64,000 nucleotides of DNA from Chiloscyllium plagiosum. Lineage: Eukaryota. Location: positions 20,795,753 through 20,859,752 of the forward strand of contig NC_057719.1 of NCBI RefSeq assembly GCF_004010195.1, written 5' to 3'. The translations under genes were made by a program, and so were the position numbers. Shown here one piece after another: positions 1 to 12,779 of the stretch (its first letter is position 1; every line of letters starts with the position of its first letter). The notes under the pieces are model-generated. The model had not been told where the DNA came from. It saw nothing but the letters and a program-made list of their open reading frames with translations, and did no database searches.

Positions 1-1359
1 GAAATCCCTGGGAATTACAGACCAGTCAGTCTTACATCTATGGTAAGCAAGGTACTGGAAGGATTCTGAGAGATAGGATTTATAACTATTTGGAAAAACA
101 TAGCTTGATTAAAGATAGCGTAGCTTTGTGAGGGGTCAGTCATGCCTCACAAGCTTATTGAGTTCCTGAGGATGTGATGAGACAAGTCAATGAAAGTCGA
201 GCAGTGGATGTGGTGCATATGGATTTCAGTAAGGCATTTGATAAGGTTCCCCCGGTAGGCTCATTCAGAAAATTAGGAGGCGTGGGATACAGGGAAATTT
301 GGATGTCTGGATACAGAATTAGCTGGCTGAAAGAAGACAGCGAGTGGTACTGGATGGCAAGTATTCTGCCTGAAGATCGGTGACCAGTGGTGCCCGCAGG
401 GATCTGTACTTGAGCCTCTGCTCTTAGTAGTTTTTATGAATGACTTGGATGAAGGATTGGAAGGGTGGCTTAGTAAGTTTGCCAATGACACAAAGGTCAG
501 TAGTGTTGTAGATAGTGTTGAGGACTGTTGAAGGTTAGAACAGGACATTGACAGGATGCAGAGTTGGACTGAGAAGTGGCAGATGGAGTTCAACCACAAT
601 AAATGCAAAGTGATTCATTTTAGAAAGTCAAATGTGAATGCTGAATACAGGATTAAAGATAGGATTCTTGGCGGTGAAGAGGAACAGTGGGATCTTGAGA
701 TCCACATACACAGATCCCTCAAAGTTGCCACCCAAGTTGAGAGGTTGCTAAGAAGGTGTACGGTGTGTTGGCTTTCATTAACAGGGGGATTGAGTTTAAG
801 AACCATGAGGTTTTGCTGCAGCTCTATAAAACCCTGATTAGACCACACTCTGAATATTGTGTCCAGTTCTGGTTGTCTCATTATAGAAAGGATGCAGATG
901 CTTTAGAGAGGGTGCAGAGAGGATTTACTAGGATGCTGCCTGGATTGGAATATTTGTCTTATGAAGAGAGGTTGAGTGACAATGGTTTTTCACACTGGAG
1001 AGAAAGAGGAAGAGAGGTGACTTGATAGAGGTGTACAAGGTAATGAGAGGCATAGATAGAATAGAGAGCCAGAGACTTTTCCCCAGGGCAGAAATGGCTG
1101 TCATAAGGGGGTCATAATTTTAAGGTGATTGGAGGAAGGTATAGGGGAGATGTCAGAGGTAGGTTCTTTACACTGAGAGTGGTGGGTGCGTGGAATGCAC
1201 TGCCAGCGGCGATAGTAGAGTCAGAGACATTAGGGACATTTAAGCGACTGCTGGATAAGAATATGGATGGCAGTAAATTAGATTAAGATAAATGCTTAGC
1301 ACAACATTGTGGACTGAAGGGCCTGTACTGTGCTGTACTGTTCTATGTTCTATGTTCTA
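1..1359 (+). mobile_element. CR1-clade LINE (HER1-like), decayed 3' part of ORF2 (RT) plus 3' UTR
   Basis: Fragmented RT motifs PGNYRPVSLTS, DFSKAFDKVP, GVPQGS-like, KFANDTK and LYKTLIRPHSEYCVQFW; ends in a (ttctatg)n tail; frameshifts and stops. Confidence 0.93.
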
Positions 1360-1771
1360 ATCCTTTGAACGAATGAAACAGTTTCTATTACCTTTTGTAA
1401 CTCCAGGAAGTAGAGTATCTTGTAGTGGACAGTGATTTCCGGGACATTGAGTTGTCTTCGGTGTTTTCAGTATATATGAACTGAAGAATATTTGAAGCTA
1501 CACAGAAAATCTGTCTAATAAATAAATATAATATTTAGTATTAATATACAAGTTTAAGTGATTTGTTTTGCATTGGGGAAAAATGTAGCATGAATCTTCC
1601 ACTCTGATTTTATACAATTTATTCTGCGGTGTTGAATGGAGGATGATCTGAGAATAATTGACCTACGTCAGTCTCTGAAAGAATTAACACATTGATGTCT
1701 GTACACAATTTTTTTCATTTCTTGCCATTAATCATGATATCTGCATTGCAGTTTCATCTTCTCACTCTATA

Positions 1772-2045
1772 CAATGAAATAATCTAAAATTTGGCTATGG
1801 GTCTGTCAAATCCCCCAAGAATCATTAATTCTGCCCTTTCCATGTTCTGAACTACTTGAACATCTGCAGATTGTAGTGGTCTTTGCTCAATTTTCTGTGC
1901 TGCTGCTGTAGCTGTGATATAGTCCCAATCTTGGTACTCACAACTCTTGACAAAATGGTCTGGGAAATGTTCCTGCTAGTGGTTTTCCACAATGACATTA
2001 ATAGTGTTCTGTTCCTTCTGCATTTGCTGTTGGTGAATTTTCTGA
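1772..2045 (+). repeat. ~275 bp non-TE-annotated segment, duplicated at 3589-3863
   Basis: Direct comparison: caatgaaataatctaaaatttgg...gaattttctga occurs at both places with scattered substitutions. Confidence 0.95.
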
Positions 2046-2310
2046 GTGCATTCTTATTTCCTATGTCTATAAATTCTCTGATCTATGATACTAATTTACT
2101 CACTAAGGCTAATTAATTTCCTCATTGCCTGCCCCTTGCTCCATGGTGGGTCTTTTTACCTACTTATTATTCAGCTTTTATGTGGGCCTTCCCACTCTGG
2201 GGTTTCATGACTAGATATATGTGGCATGTTGCTTCCTTCAAGGTTTGGTTTGCTGGGCTGGCCTCAGCCATCACCCGTAACATTCTACAGCAAAAAGACT
2301 ATAATTCAGA

Positions 2311-2411
2311 TCAGAGCTGAAAATGTGTTGCTGGAAAAGCGCAGCAGGTCAGGCAGCATCCAAGGAACAGGAGAATCGACGTTTCGGGCATAAGCCCTTC
2401 TTCAGGAATGA
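2311..2411 (-). mobile_element. Short PLE-derived terminal unit with hammerhead core (family A)
   Basis: Reverse complement reads cattcCTGAAGAagggcttatgcccGAAAcgTCgattctcctg...; matches the termini of the PLE at 53618-56469. Confidence 0.88.
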
Positions 2412-3588
2412 GAATTCAGATACGCATAATTCAGATAATACGTATAATTCAGATACGCATGCTATTACCCTTTGCTTGGGTCTGATCATCATCATCAAAC
2501 ATGTGGTCGGATGGACTCTACACTCATCTGAGCAAATGTTCGCAGGTTTAATTAAATGTGACGACTTACAAAGCATGGTCAGAGAGAACATCCTCTGGAA
2601 TACCACAGAGTTAGACTTTTGTTCCATGTAATCTGACATTACTGTGACAAAAACGGCTCTGCAACTACTCTTAGAATGCAGATATAATTTATCATTTACT
2701 CCACACTACAGAGTTGTTCTAAGTGTGAAGGCCAAAATGTATCTCACAACCAATGTTACAATGAAAACATTCATACATAACCAAATTATTTGTGGGAGCT
2801 TGCTGTGCACAAATTGGTTGCCCTATATTTCCTGTATTATAATAGCGACTACATTGAAGCATATTTCCAGCCAATGAAGTATTTCAGAAGACCTCCTGAT
2901 GTTTGAAAGAAATACCACTGACCCAGGGGCTTTGAAATCCAACAGGGAAGCAGGGCTTGAAGCAGTGTGTGTATTTTGTGGTGCTAATTGTGTGTATATG
3001 CAGAATCAGCTGGCGATGATAAACAGCATGCTGTTAACCTCAGAGGAACCCGTAGGAGAAATAAATAGTGTGTAGAATGCCTGCATTCCTAACAGCGAGT
3101 GCACACACTCAGCAGGCAGTTGCTGTGCAGTTGCTAAAATATTATGTCTACATCTAATTTTTCTGTAGCTTATCTGCAGAAAAACTTAAAAATCATATGA
3201 TTGTTGAAATGTGGCAATAATAAAAGACAAGAAGTGGGAATGGCAGCTATGGGGGTATCAACTTTTTAACTAGAACTAACAAATGATGGAAGAGTGAAGT
3301 TGGCTCCATTCAAAGCCATTAAAGATGGGAGAAAAAATTATTGGAGATGACTGATATTTAAGTGCCTTTGAAGCATAGCACATCAAACATTCAGACAATG
3401 TATTTTTAGCTTTGCTATCACATCGCCACCAGATCTGGGCCATTCACACAGCCTCACGCACAATCGGAAGTTCACTTCATAGCTCATTTGTGCTGGTAGC
3501 TGCAAACTGCTGTATGCCAGATTTCCCATCTCAATCTCGTTCTGAATTTGTGAAGGTGTTGCCTAGCTGCTGGACCTAATGCAGATTC

Positions 3589-3947
3589 CAATGAAATAAT
3601 CTAAAATTTGGCCATGGGTCTGTCAAATCCCCCAAGAATCATTAATTCTGCCCTTTCCATGTTCTGATCTACTTGAACATCTGCAGATTTTTGTGGTCTT
3701 TGCTCAATTTTCTGTGCTACTGCTGTAGCTGTGATATAGTCCCAATCTTGGTACTCACAACTCTTGACAAAACAGTCTGGGTAATGTTCCTGCTAGTGGT
3801 TTTCCACAATGACATTAATAGTGTTCTGTTCCTTTCTGCATTTACTGTTGGCGAATTTTCTGAAGAAGGGCTTATTCCCGAAACGTAAATTCTTCTGCTC
3901 CTCGGATACTGCCTGGCCTGCTATGTTTTCCAGCACCACATTTTCAA
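3589..3947 (+). mobile_element. Chimeric insertion: copy of 1772-2045 fused to a family-A PLE terminal unit (3860-3947)
   Basis: Flanked by the direct repeat ctaatgcagatt (3576-3587 and 3948-3959); junction at shared ctga. Confidence 0.75.
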
Positions 3948-3961
3948 CTAATGCAGATTGT

Positions 3962-4150
3962 AGACAAGCGGGAGTCTGGAAGAACACAGCAAGCCAGGCA
4001 GTATCAGGAGGCAGAGAAATTGACGTCCTGAAGAAGGGTTACACCCAAAATATTAACTTCCCCATTTCCTGATGCTGCCTGGCTTGCTGTGTTCTTCAAG
4101 CCTACTGCTTGTCTACCTTGGATCCAGCATCTGCAGTTTTTATTTTGTCT
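3962..4150. mobile_element. Palindromic PLE-derived element, degenerate hammerhead core at ~4027-4056
   Basis: Inverted arms gaagaacacagcaagccaggcag / ctgcctggcttgctgtgttcttc; ctgaagaagggttacaccc; imperfect TSD ctaatgcagattgt / ctaaagcaggttgt. Confidence 0.75.
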
Positions 4151-4261
4151 CTAAAGCAGGTTGTGGTCAGCTTCGGATTTGAAAGTCAAATGAGAGGAAT
4201 GTGAAAATTTTAAAAGACATTCTCAGCAGACGAGTCAGTGAAATAAATGAGAAAATAATAC

Positions 4262-4560
4262 CCTGCACTTTTCCCTGTCTTTATGATTTGCCAAAGTGTT
4301 TCACATCCATTTAAGTACATTTGAAGTTGAAGATGAATTAAAGGCATCTTTGTAATACAGGTAACACACAGCTGCTACTTTGCAAACAGTGAGCTGATGA
4401 TGTTGATTGAGGGATAAAGCTTGACTAAGTAATTGAAAGAAGTCTCCTGGTATTCTTCAAAAAATACCATAAAATATTTCATATCCAAGGGACTTGACAT
4501 CATATCTGAATGAGACACATCTGACAGTGCAGCACTCCTCCAGAGTTGTGCAGGAATCTG
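4262..4560 (-). mobile_element. Old Deu-domain SINE (SacSINE1/AmnSINE1-like), decayed
   Basis: gacagtgcagcactcc Deu-core motif; similar to 11915-12450 and 12780-13182. Confidence 0.55.
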
Positions 4561-4947
4561 GCATTTTAAATGTAATCCTTCACCAAACTGAAACCTTTTC
4601 CAAAGTCATGTTCTACCGGAAAACTGACAACAAAGACACAAACCTGCTTTTGTTTGTTAATCTATCAAATGCTTTCACCAATTCCTGCTTCCAATTCAGA
4701 ACTGTCTCGGTGGCTTGCTTCTGAATTTTGGAGATACAAGTATCTTTGAAATTGTTGTCCAATGTTTCCAATTTGATTTACACCCTGCAGTCTGTCCGCA
4801 CGCAATGAAGTAGTCAATACAATTGCAAATAAAGAACTTTTCTCAAGGGAAACGCGAGTACTCCTGAAAAAAGAGTTTGTGAAGATAATCAATAGAGCTG
4901 AAATTCTTTTCTTGTAGTTTATTTGCACATTCTATTCTAGACACAGG

Positions 4948-5268
4948 ATTCACAGGAAGTGGGCATCGCTGGCTAGGTGAGCATTTATTGCCCATTCCTA
5001 ATTGCCCAGAGAGAAGTTAAGAGTCAGTCATATTGCTGTGGGTCATATGTAAGCCAGACCAGGTAAAGATGACAGATTTCCTTCCAGTTGAGTTTTTCCC
5101 AACAATCGACAATGGTATCATGATCATTATTAGAATCTTAATTCCCGATTTTTTATTGAACTCAAATTCCACATTTGTCAAAGCTGGATTTGAACCCAGG
5201 TCCCCAGAACATTACCTGGGTCTCTGGATTTAGGTCTATCAATAATACCACTGGTCCATTGCCTTACC
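4948..5268 (-). mobile_element. tRNA-headed SINE sharing its tail with the LINE at 33470-35992
   Basis: Minus strand has A-box-like tggaccagtgg and B-box ggttcaaatcc; tail gggcaattaggaatgggcaataaatgct...gatgcccac resembles 35920-35990. Confidence 0.7.
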
Positions 5269-5328
5269 TAAATGTGAAACTCATAAACATTTGGCAAGCC
5301 CCAAGTTGGGTGATACGCTAGTTTTAGT

Positions 5329-5651
5329 GGGCAGCATGGTGGCACAGTGGTTAGCACTGCTGCCTCACATTGCCAGAGACTTGGGTTCAATCCCCACCTC
5401 AGGCAACTGTCTGTGTGGAGTTTGCACATTCTCCCCGTGTCTGCATGAGTTTCCTCCAGGTGCTCTGGTTTCCTCCCACAATCCAAAGATGTACAGGTTA
5501 GGTGAATTGGCCATGCTAAATTGCCCATAGTGTTAGGTGAAGGGGTAAATGTAGGGGAATGGGTCTGGGTGGGTTGCTGTTTGGAGGGTCGGTGTGCACT
5601 TGTTGGGCCGAAGGGCCTGTTTCCACACTGTCGGTAATCTAATCTAATCTA
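5329..5651 (+). mobile_element. HE1-type V-SINE, full length
   Basis: tRNA head (ggtggcacagtggttagc, ggttcaatccc), V-domain tgtctgtgtggagtttgcacattctccccgtg, CR1-like tail gggccgaagggcctgtttcc, (taatc)n end. Confidence 0.92.
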
Positions 5652-8639
5652 GTTGGAACATCCAGGTTCTCCTAATGTCAGTCAAATTGAGCAGGTTGCA
5701 AGTGAAGTACCTCCCTACTCATAGACTCATTAGTGCCAGAGTTAGATCACAGAGCTGGATACACTCACCATCATAGAGCTCCAGCTTTAGAGCATTTGCA
5801 AGATGTGCCATAATTGCAAGCACAGTTGTAAGATAAAAGTTGTCAGTGATCAAAAAAAACTTCAGAGAAACAGAATTATTTTAAGCCATCTTTTCATCAA
5901 TTAAAAGTGGACTGAATACTAGCAAGAAGATTACATTAATTGCTGCCCCTATGTCTCGTCTATCACACTGTTTAACTCTTCTCCCTGTCTTTCTCTTGCT
6001 TTCTTTCTTCCTTGCATGGTGGTGCTGTTGCGGTCTGCCTATCCATATGTTCTCTTCATTCATCCATGGGATATAGACATCGCTTAGCTGGCCCAGTATT
6101 TATTACCATCCCTAATTGCCCTTCAAAGATGGCTGTCAGCTGAGCCACTAGAGTCCAGCTTAAATCTAATTTATTTCTACTTCACCACCATGGTGAGTGC
6201 TGACAACTTTACTAATTTTCTTGACACCAAATCTGGACCATTCACAGATTTAGATTTAGATTTAAGTTTTATTGTCATGTGTCACAAAGAATCCATGCAG
6301 AAATTTATCCATACACGCACACACATGTTGTCATAGACAGGCAGGCATGAGCACATGTACACATTATTATATACTCACACACTTACTTTCGGGCACACAA
6401 GTGCATATACATACAACTAGGGCTCTCTTAGATAAACTGAACATTTTGAGAGTGCAAAAAGATGACTGCATAATCAGACATGTAAACCTGAAACGAAAGC
6501 ACAAAGTAAGACAATCATTGTTGAAAAGTGGAAGATTTGTGCTTGTTTAATATCCAGCTAAATGAAGTATTTAATTTTACCTCATGTTTCTTTTCTTTGT
6601 TCTATTTTCACGGTTTTTGACAGTTATTGTGTTGATTTTGTTCTGTATTTGTGGTTAATTATTTAAACAGTACTCCAAACATCCTGTTCAATGTGATCTG
6701 GATGTTTCTTTTTCTTTTGGCTGTTTCTTCTATTTCTGCTTCTGTTTTTAATCCTGTCTTTTGTACACGAAGATGGCTATGGAGAATGGAGACTTTGTAC
6801 ACTTTTCACTATATTCTTGTACTCAAGTACACGTGACAATAAAAATCTAGATCTAAATGTAAAAATCTAAAATCTAAATCTAAATTTTGCCAGGTGCTAT
6901 AGTAAGAAACATAAAGTGGCATAACACGATATTAATAACAGATACATCAACATGTTTGTGTAAAAATCTTTGTCTTCCTATAACACATATCAATTCTGAT
7001 TATTCTCCCCCAGATGTGATCGACAAAATTTCAAGCAAAACATGAAACTAATACTAAACAAGGAGCGAACTCCTTTTGTTTATTTTCACTTTAATCTTTC
7101 AAAGACCAAGCATGATATTGTGACTTTTCTAGCTGAATATGATGTATAATCTACTTAAACCATGTCCTTGTAAAAGAGTGTAGTGTTTGAAATTCTTAAC
7201 AACTGTTCCATACTTGATGGCAGCAAATTAATATTATTTGAGTATTCCATCCATATTCCTGGAAGATATAAAATCCTGACACTGAGCCAAGGTTGGCACT
7301 TGAATATTTCTGAAATATTAAAAACCTTGCCTGATTTCCAACTCGTGTTCGGATCCTGAAATCAGATCCCCACGATGTCCTGAGCCTGTCCATGTTGTCA
7401 TTACACTTGCCAACACCACTATCTGGGAGGCAGCCTTCCAAATGACCAACTCCACACTCAGCATCTTGTTCAGGACAATGGACATCCTTTCCAGGCTGGA
7501 GGGTCATTGAGAGGGTATGCAGAGATATGGGGACAACAGCTCAATGTGGGTGGGTGCTGCAAGTGTGGGATAGCAAGTGCAATGCTTAATGGAATAAAGA
7601 AGGCAAAATCAGAAGGCAATCAGAAGGGATATTCTTCCACAAGGAGTAATAATGGAAGGAGCTGTGGTCTTTCATATCCTTGTTGTATTGCCGAGTAATG
7701 GAGCCCCTGGATCCAATAGCATTCTAACATTTTGCCAGGAGATTGTCTAACTGAGCTGTTGCTTCCATAATTGGCAGAGTAGGCCCTCCAATATTGGCAA
7801 GAAATTTAAGACTTGGACACAAAATATCCTGAAATTGGACCTTCATTGCAGGAATTAGATGCCCACCCCCATGGCTCAAAGTTGCCAAGAGACAGGAATA
7901 TGATGGAGCCTGTGGTTTCCTCCTTTTATCCTGGATCTCCTCAACCCTCAACCTAACTCCAAAGGGTTTGAAAATCAAGCTCCTTATGTCCTGTTATGTT
8001 TCCTGTTAACTGCGTCTATTATAAGTACCTCTCTCAGCACTTATCATCTAAACATGGCGCTCAATAATTGCACATTCTACTATCGCAGCTTGGATTTGCA
8101 ATCTGAGTTCATTATTCAACTCTGCAGCATATCCCGATGCTTCAATGAACCACTTCCCAAACTGCCTTTCAATTTTCTAACTAAATATAAATTGCCTTGA
8201 AACAAAATCATGAAATATTGTGAAGAATGGACCTGAAATGTTAACTCTGATTTCTTTCAGCAGATGTTGCCAGACCTGCTGAGCTTCTTCAGCAATTCCT
8301 GATTTACCACATCCACAGTTCTTTTAATTTTATGAAATGTTCAAAGTTATACGAACTAACTAATACTTGAACGAGTTACGTGACATCTGCCCATTGGGAT
8401 GAAAAGGACCATTCTGAGAAGGAACGAGCCAGTGTGAGATTTAAGGTAGGATTTTCAGGTCCAGAATAATACCTGTTCAATTGTCCTTATGTGGTGACCA
8501 AAATGTTTCAGTAACTGTAGTGTGTGTACTTTTAAGGTGAGCCTGATATCTGTTGAGTTTCTTATTGCTTGTTAGCTAGTCACATGGCATGAATGTGATA
8601 AATCTTCACTAAATGTCAAGATCAAACTAACCTCCTCAA

Positions 8640-9660
8640 AGAGTCAGAGTTATACAGCAAGGAAACAGGCCCCTCAGCCCTACTCATCCATGCTGACCAT
8701 GTTTCCTAAACTGAACTAGTCCCATTTCCCTGCATTTGACCCATTTCCCTCTGAACTTTTCCTATCCATGTATCTGGCTAAGTGTCTTTTAAATGTTGTT
8801 ATTTTCACTTATCTCTACTACTTCCTCCAGTAGGTTGTACTATATACATCCTCTATGTGAAAAAGTTGTCCCTCAGGTCCATTTCAAATATTTTCCCTCC
8901 CACCATTAAGCCAATGGCATTTAGTTTTAGACCCCTTACTCTTGGAAAAAGACCTTGGATATTCATCTTTTTCTATCTAAAGAGATTTTAAAAATCTCTT
9001 TAAAGGTAACCGTCAGCCTGCTAAGGTCCAGGGGAAAAAGTCCCAGCCTATCCGGCCCCTCCTTATAACTCAAATCTTTCAGTCTCAGTAACATCCTTGT
9101 AAATCTTTTTTGCACTCTGTCCAATTTAATAATTTCCATCCTACAGCAGGGTGACCAGAATTGTACGCAGTACTCCAAATGTGGCCTTATCAATGTCTCA
9201 TACAGCTGTAACATGACATCCCAACTCCTGTACTGAATGCTTTGACTGATGAAGGTAAGTGTGTCATCTTCACCACCCTCTCTGCCTGTGATGCCACTTT
9301 CAAGGAGCTATGTATGGAAACTTCCAGGTCTCTGTGTTTGACAACACTCTCCAGGGCCCTGCCATTAACTATAGAAGTCCTGCCCTAGTTTATCTTACCA
9401 AAATACAACACCTAGCATTTATCTGAATTAAACACCATCTGCCATTCTTCGACCCAGTGACCCAGTTGATCAAGATCCCAATGTACTTGTAAAAATCTTC
9501 ACCGTCCACTATACCATCAACTTTGGTGTCATCCGTAAACTGACAAACCATTCTCATTCAAATTATTTGTATAAATGTTGAACAGTGGATCTAGAACTGA
9601 TCCTTGAAGCAGACCGCTGGTCACAGGCTTCCAGTCTGAACAATAGCCTTCTACCATGAA
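8640..9660 (-). mobile_element. CR1 LINE 3' fragment
   Basis: Minus-strand MLQLYETLIRPHLEYCVQFWSP...RVQKRFTRML; KFTDDTK-like motif; 3' UTR at left end. Confidence 0.9.
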
Positions 9661-9961
9661 CCAGCTTTGTCTATTTAACCTCTTGGGTGGGTCAAGACAA
9701 AGCTTTCAGTTGTTTTTGCAGGCATATACAACCTTGCCAATTCAGAATGTTAACCAAGGTTAGCTGTGAGCAATAAGGCACCAAGCAATAAAGTTTTCTT
9801 GAGCCAAAGCCAAAACAACATGATTTTTAAAAATTAATTCATGGATTTGGGTGGCATCAGCTAAACCAGCATTAATTGCCCATGTCTATTGCTCTTGCAT
9901 TGAGTGGCTTGTGTTCAAATGGATCTAGAGGCATCACTCATTGTTAGAGTATCATAATATG

Positions 9962-10108
9962 ACAAAGAACTGTGAATGCTGAAGGTTTGAAACAGATTGC
10001 TGGAAAAACTCAGCAGGTCTAGCAGCATCTGTGGAGAGAAAGAAGGGTTAACACTTTGGATCCAGTGACCCTTCTCCAGAACGTGATGCTACCAGACCTG
10101 TTGACCTC
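9962..10108. mobile_element. Old PLE-derived terminal/fold-back unit (related fragments at ~8229-8325, ~11640-11810, ~13745-13830)
   Basis: gctggaaaaactcagcaggtctagcagcatc followed by a degenerate minus-strand core (ctggagaagggtcactggatcc) and a short inverted arm gatgctaccagacctg. Confidence 0.55.
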
Positions 10109-11914
10109 ATTTATGACCCAAATTGTGTGCCTGGATCTTGCAGAAATGTAAATATGGGACAGGCAATACCTTTCCTATCCAGAACTCTCTAATAAAGTCT
10201 TCAGCTGAGTTAGACACTTTAGAGAGTTTGATTTACATACTTGAACAGTTCCCTGGGAAACGTTTGACAGAGGAATCCTTGCCTAACTCCTGAATAACTA
10301 CATAATTGACCCAATATGACTCACTTGTTGACCCCACAGTGGACCCTGACACAATGTTCTCAAGGGCAATGAAAGATGGACAATAAATGATGCTCACAAG
10401 TGAATATAAAAAGAAAACTGACTAGCTTCTAACACTGAAAACCCGTCCTGACTCAACCTGACTACCCATTGACCAACCTACACACTCACCCACCACAACC
10501 AAATGCCACCCTGTCATGCTCATGGCCTGCTATCCGACAACATCACCCATCTGTCGATCTGACACCTTACCCATCTTTCAACCTACCCAGTTGCCACCTA
10601 TCCAGATGGAACTCTCCCCACTTACCCACTTCCCTCACCCACATACAACCCGAAAGATTCATTCATTCTCTAGCCCATTTAATCTCACACCAATTCAGTA
10701 ACACAAAGAAAAATATATTCCGATCTTTACCAGAATACAACTGTGAAAATTCTCTCTGCTGCTTCCTGCAAGGATTCCTGCACTGAGGGTGAGCCACAGC
10801 TTCCCCCATTTGCAGTTTGTCCAGAAGATCATATCTAGGTAAGAAGGTAGTTTTCTCTCTCATCACTGTTGGAAACTGTGATTTGGATTCCAAGTGGAAG
10901 GTTTGATTGTGGTGTATATCTTTTGACCTTGTCTTCATTTGTTTGTGTTTCTGTGCGTATCTGTGGACAGGATATGTATATGTGGAAATGTGCAGCCATA
11001 ATTCTCAGCACGTAACATTAATACTGCTAGCTGACAATACATCCCAACTGTTTCTCCACAATTCAATATTGCCTAAAGTAATAGGAATGTAGAGATCTGG
11101 TAAAATCTAATTGAATGGTGGAACAGGCTCAACAGGCTTAATGGACTACTTCTGTTCCTTTGTTTCTGAGTTCCTTCCTACTCTGTGTGCAATTATATTC
11201 TCATTTATGACTAATCATCACAATGATGTTGTTTACTGTTGTTTCAGACTTCAAATGTAGATGAGGCACAAATAATTTTGTGCAATGCACTCACCTGATA
11301 AAGCATGAGTGCTACAATTATTGTTTCAGCAGGTTTAGGGTCTGACAGGACTTCACTGTGATAGTCATAGGCCTGATTATAATCGATCCCATGTGGCAAT
11401 AATGAAACAGGTTTGGGTCAAATGGGGAGTAAAATTATGCAGAGTACAAAGCCAAGAATCCCATCCTTATCATCTCTGTTCCATTTCAAGGTGTTACTTG
11501 TGATTTATTTCACTGCTATTATTCAAGGGAAAGTCATATACAAATTCTACAGATTATGACTATAGAAATATAAAATGCCCTCCCTTTCCCAACCGGTATG
11601 TTTGTTTAAACCCAGTTACATCTCCTAATGTTTTTTCAGCTTTGTTGAGAGGTCATCAACCTGTAACATTTTCAACTCTGTGGGTGAATGGGTTTTGAGT
11701 GAGTTATAATCTGGCCTGCTAACTCTGTTACTCTTTTTACAGATGTTGCATGAGAGGAGGATTTCCAGCTTTTTCTGATATTATATTTGTTTTTCAGTGC
11801 CTGAAGTATTTTACTGATCTGAAGAATGTAAGAATTTGTATAATATAAATAAGGGTTTACACTTTTATATCAATGGATATACACTTAAAAACCTCAAAAG
11901 TGCTAAAGTTAAAA

Positions 11915-12450
11915 AAGGAAAGCTGGTATTTATATTGTGCTTTTTGTAATAACTGAACATTAAAAGCTTCACAGCCAACAAAATACTTTTTGAAGTAATC
12001 ACTGATATAATTTAGGAAATATAATAGCTCATTTGCTCTTAACAAACCTCTACAAACAAACATGCAGTAATGAGCAGGGAGAATCTGTTTTTTGATGACG
12101 TTGATTGAGGGAGAAACATTGGCCAGGACACTCATTCCTGATGAAGAGCTTATGCCCAAAACGTCGACTCTCCTGCTACTCAGATGCTGCCTGACCGGCT
12201 GTGCTTTTCCAGCTCCACACTCTTTCACCTGTGTTAATGCCCCTATCTTTCTTTGAAATAGTGTAATAGGATTGTTTATATTAGCCCAAGTAGGAGATGG
12301 GGCCTTGGTTCATATCTGATCTGATAGACGGTACCCCGAACAATTCAACATTCCCTCAGCGGAGGTTATTTCTGCAATCAAAACCTATGACTTGAACCCA
12401 ATATCTTGATTTTAGCATTAAGCATACTACCAGTTGAATTATAGCTCGCA
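11915..12450 (-). mobile_element. Deu-domain SINE interrupted by a PLE unit
   Basis: gatgacgttgattgagggagaaacattggccaggacac body; reverse-complement similarity to 12780-13182. Confidence 0.65.
12133..12227 (+). mobile_element. Family-A PLE terminal unit, hammerhead core with G12>A
   Basis: cattcCTGATGAagagcttatgcccAAAAcgTCgactctcctgc. Confidence 0.85.
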
Positions 12451-12779
12451 CAAGTACATTGTGGATCTTTGCATTTTAACAGTACACCAAGGAATCTTAT
12501 AAAAACTCATTCTTCCAGTTAATGTGTACCCTAGGAAGAGCTTTGCAAAACAACTAGCAAAGAATCAAGTTGAGTCAGACATTCTCATACTCTATAAAAT
12601 TAAGTCACAATCCTTCAAAAAGCTACAAAATATATACTTCTACTCTGTAAACCCATTATTCTGCAAAATCATTTCCAAGTCTAAAAATAAGTTCACATTG
12701 AGTAATTTTAAGCTAAAAGTACATTGGATAAATTGACTATACCTCAATTTAATAGAATTCTGGGAGATCGGATTATGTG

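Noticed and set aside
1630..1830. Minus-strand FSDHPP and ILGGFD/FLGDL words suggesting an APE endonuclease relic
   Set aside because: Motifs are short, need frame changes and are closer together than expected; not distinguishable from chance by eye.
2413..2460. CRISPR-like repeat
   Set aside because: Short imperfect tandem without unique spacers in eukaryotic repeat-rich DNA.
5329..5400. tRNA genes at the SINE heads
   Set aside because: A and B boxes are present but run directly into V-domain and LINE tail; these are SINE heads, not tRNA genes.
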